Shown here in pieces: positions 61,251 to 64,000 of a DNA stretch of 64,000 bases. The notes beneath the pieces were generated by a model that saw nothing but the letters and a program-made list of their open reading frames with translations, searched no databases and was not told where the DNA came from. How positions within the stretch are numbered: the first letter of the stretch is position 1; the number at the start of each line of letters is the position of its first letter. This stretch comes from Mobula hypostoma (taxonomy: Eukaryota). A program made the position numbers and the translations under genes. The stretch covers positions 112,408,001 through 112,472,000 of the forward strand of contig NC_086097.1 of NCBI RefSeq assembly GCF_963921235.1, given 5' to 3'.

Positions 61251-63395
61251 GTTAGTTTGATACTAGTTCACTTTTTGAAGATTTTCAAGCTAATAGGTAG
61301 CAGTTGTTCCATGTAATAAGATAAAAAGGCACCCAAATGATACCAGAATGATGGCAAAAATATTTGTGTAAACAACCCAAAGATTCTCCAAATAAAGTGC
61401 AAGTGACATTTCCATTTTCATCTCTGAAAGAATGAGCACAACATTTTCATTGTCCTGGGGGGGTGGGGTGGGTGGGGGAGTGGTCCATGAATCTACAGCA
61501 TTAACAAAATTTGTGTGGAATGTGCAGGAAGATTTTAGGATGCAAGTCCTTGTATAGCATGAATGAAGTGAAAATCCATAAAAAATCAATGTGCATTGTC
61601 CCCTAGCTGATCCTATGTCAACTATCTTTATTCTTTGAAGGAATCATAGAAAGTCAAATAGGCTTCAAATCCTGACAAAAGTAATCTTTTCCTTGTGAGT
61701 AATATTATTTCCATGGGATTGTGGAAGTAGCAGGTTAAGTGGGAGGATTATTTAGGAGATGGGCTTCATACAGGGAGTTTTTACGGTGCAAACCAATTAA
61801 ATTTTTGTCCAACAGTGGTTGCTTTGCTCCCTCTGCTGGATGTTCACAGGACAAACACAATGTACACACCCACAAAATTTTGTTTCAAAACTACACGACT
61901 GCATTCCTCTAATTTTAATTCAGTACTTTCCCATTATTGTTACTACTAAACATTAAAGTATCTACAAAATAGACTGAAATCTCTAGTAAATGGAAAAACT
62001 TGTGCAATACTAGCAAAGTCTTAACGCATGTTCCATATGAATGATTATGAATTTAGTGGTGTTTTAAAATATGGCTTAATTTAATCTATCTTGTCTCACT
62101 TAATACCATGTTACAAAAAATATGATTCATTATGAAATGTTACTTAATTATAATTTATGAAGGATTAAACAGCTACTCCCTTAATGTTTTTCCTGTTGAC
62201 AGCACCATGTACCCTACACTGGAAATCATCTAATGCATTGTAACTAGGCAAAAAAGTTACCTATAAAACAAATGGGGGGGGCGGGGGCTGAGATTAGAGG
62301 TGCTTTTGGTTTAGTAATGTTGGGAAACAACAGTGGTATGCGTACTATATTTTAGGAGGATTAATCTTCAAAGACTTAAAACATTCAAGTCTTCTCTGCT
62401 CTTCTGAAATCTTGCCAAATACAAAAAGGCAGCTGATATTTTTTTAGTTGAGGTACACTACTTGTGCTGTATGCATTCTCAAATTAATGCATCTAAAGCT
62501 TGAAGGATGATTAACACACTGTACAAGTTTAGAAATGTTACAATCCATTTTACATTTGATCAACACCAGAACACATTTGTAGAACCTCGGAATTCTTAAG
62601 TCATATTTTTGCTAAAGGATGATGATTATTATGTGCAATATGAAGATTGAAGTCCAGCTTTTTAAATTCAGTTGTCTGGTGCAGCTACTTCAATCTGAAA
62701 TACACATTTCTTGGATTTGTTGCACAAAAGATGATTGTGATCATATCCAGGTCAAGTCATTGCCCCCAGAATTAAATCACATTGCTCTAAGGAGCCATCA
62801 TTATTGGTTGTTCCTAGAAAAGCCAGCCTTTTGTTGTGCTTTTGTTTCTGGGGGTCCCAATACAGCATTGGGAAATCTACCAAGATGGGCTCTTCAATGG
62901 TCTTATTTTAGTTTGTCCCTGCATCCATTCACCAGAATCCTGAGCCATGGGCCATGCACTGGCAGCAGAGATCTTTGGTCAGCAAACTTATTAGAATTCA
63001 GTCCAGCGATTATACCATAAAAGGTAAGACTAGTTTGTCACATATACATCAAAGCATACAGTGAAATGTGTTGTTTGCGTCAAATCAAGTCTGGGAGGAT
63101 TGTGCTGGTTTGGTAGCCCACCTCCCCCAAGTGTTGCCATGTTTTTGGTGCCAACATGGCATGCCACAACCTAATAACTGAGTTTGATGAAGCTTGGATG
63201 ATGAGGGAAGCATTACTAAGTGAATCTGAAAGAGGTACCAACCTAGTGAAATTGTAACTCAAACAACATGCAGTATTTCGAGCTAGTGATTTCATAAACT
63301 AGAAAGCTTTGCAATCCTCTCATCTAGTCATGAATGGTGGTGGTCAATCAAACAATTGGAGGAGAAGAATCCAAAATCTTCAAACAGATTAAAAA

Positions 63396-63785
63396 CTTGT
63401 GGTTTGGAGGCTTGTATGCCTCAATGACTCAGAGAGCTATGTTGGCTGGGGTCAGGGCTTTGTGCTTTCCCTCTTAGTATGGTCATCCATGCCAAACATG
63501 TCAAAGGGTAGAGGTCAGACTAAGAGTGGTCCACTCTTAGTCTGCCCTCCAAGTTTGGTGGTTCAGCCCAGGGCTTAACAATCCTGACTGATAAAACAAA
63601 ATTGTTATGGAAACAGCAACCACTCCTTTTGCATTTGTGTTAGTATTCCTGAATCACCACCCAACACTCGCATGACTGATGGAAGTGAAAACTCTCAGGA
63701 AGCTAATGAAGGAATCCCTGAACACTGCCAGAGATGGAGGACGTTCACTGTTGCCCTAAATGCCAACAGCATAACAGGGAGTAAG
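63396..63785 (+). mobile_element. RTE-like non-autonomous element, copy 2
   Basis: Homologous to 60856-61250. Confidence 0.6.
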
Positions 63786-63849
63786 AATCAAAGAGCATCA
63801 CTGCTAACAATGGTGGTGGGGGGGGGGGGGTCAGCACACGACACAAGTT

Positions 63850-64000
63850 TGACATCATCCTTGCAACTGATAGCAGAGAAGTTTGAGTAGGTACATGGAT
63901 GGGACAGATATGGAGAGTTATGGTCCAGGTACAGGCCAATGGGAGTAAGCAGAATAATAGTTTGTCATGGACTGGATGGACTAAGGGGCCTGTTTCTGAG
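63850..64000 (+). mobile_element. CR1 3'UTR fragment
   Basis: 'gagaagtttgagtaggtacatggatggg...gggcctgtttctg'. Confidence 0.7.

Noticed and set aside
1..64000. CRISPR arrays, operons, rRNA or tRNA genes, prokaryotic systems
   Set aside because: The sequence is vertebrate repeat-rich DNA; no regularly spaced repeat-spacer array is present, and tRNA-like boxes occur only as SINE heads.

Overview
Eukaryotic vertebrate genomic DNA. The repeat families resemble those of cartilaginous fish such as rays or sharks (inference from repeat look only). Most of the window is layered transposon debris: many CR1 LINEs of several ages, including a very young family with (TTTCTATG)n tails; Rex1/Babar 3' ends; a 5'-truncated I/Nimb-clade LINE with RNase H and a CCHC finger (14-bp TSD); a highly decayed L1/Tx1-like relic; V-SINE-like tRNA SINEs; RTE-like non-autonomous elements; Tc1-like MITEs; and Penelope-type termini with minimal hammerhead ribozymes. 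All long ORFs are retroelement-derived and no complete host gene is visible. The unique AT-rich islands do contain minus-strand micro-exon candidates, which suggests the window lies within the introns of a large, alternatively spliced minus-strand gene that I cannot name. Main highlights: (1) a young, TSD-flanked ~420-bp insertion that is a near-perfect 169-bp-arm palindrome with an intact minimal hammerhead on each strand (46682-47103); (2) a 57-position long-range duplex whose G-U pairs form only in the minus-strand RNA and which brackets a stop-containing 26-nt candidate exon (35080-35755); (3) two young CR1 copies sharing the same non-CpG nonsense codon; (4) deep nesting stacks that date the TE waves relative to each other. 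Boundaries of old, decayed repeats are approximate.
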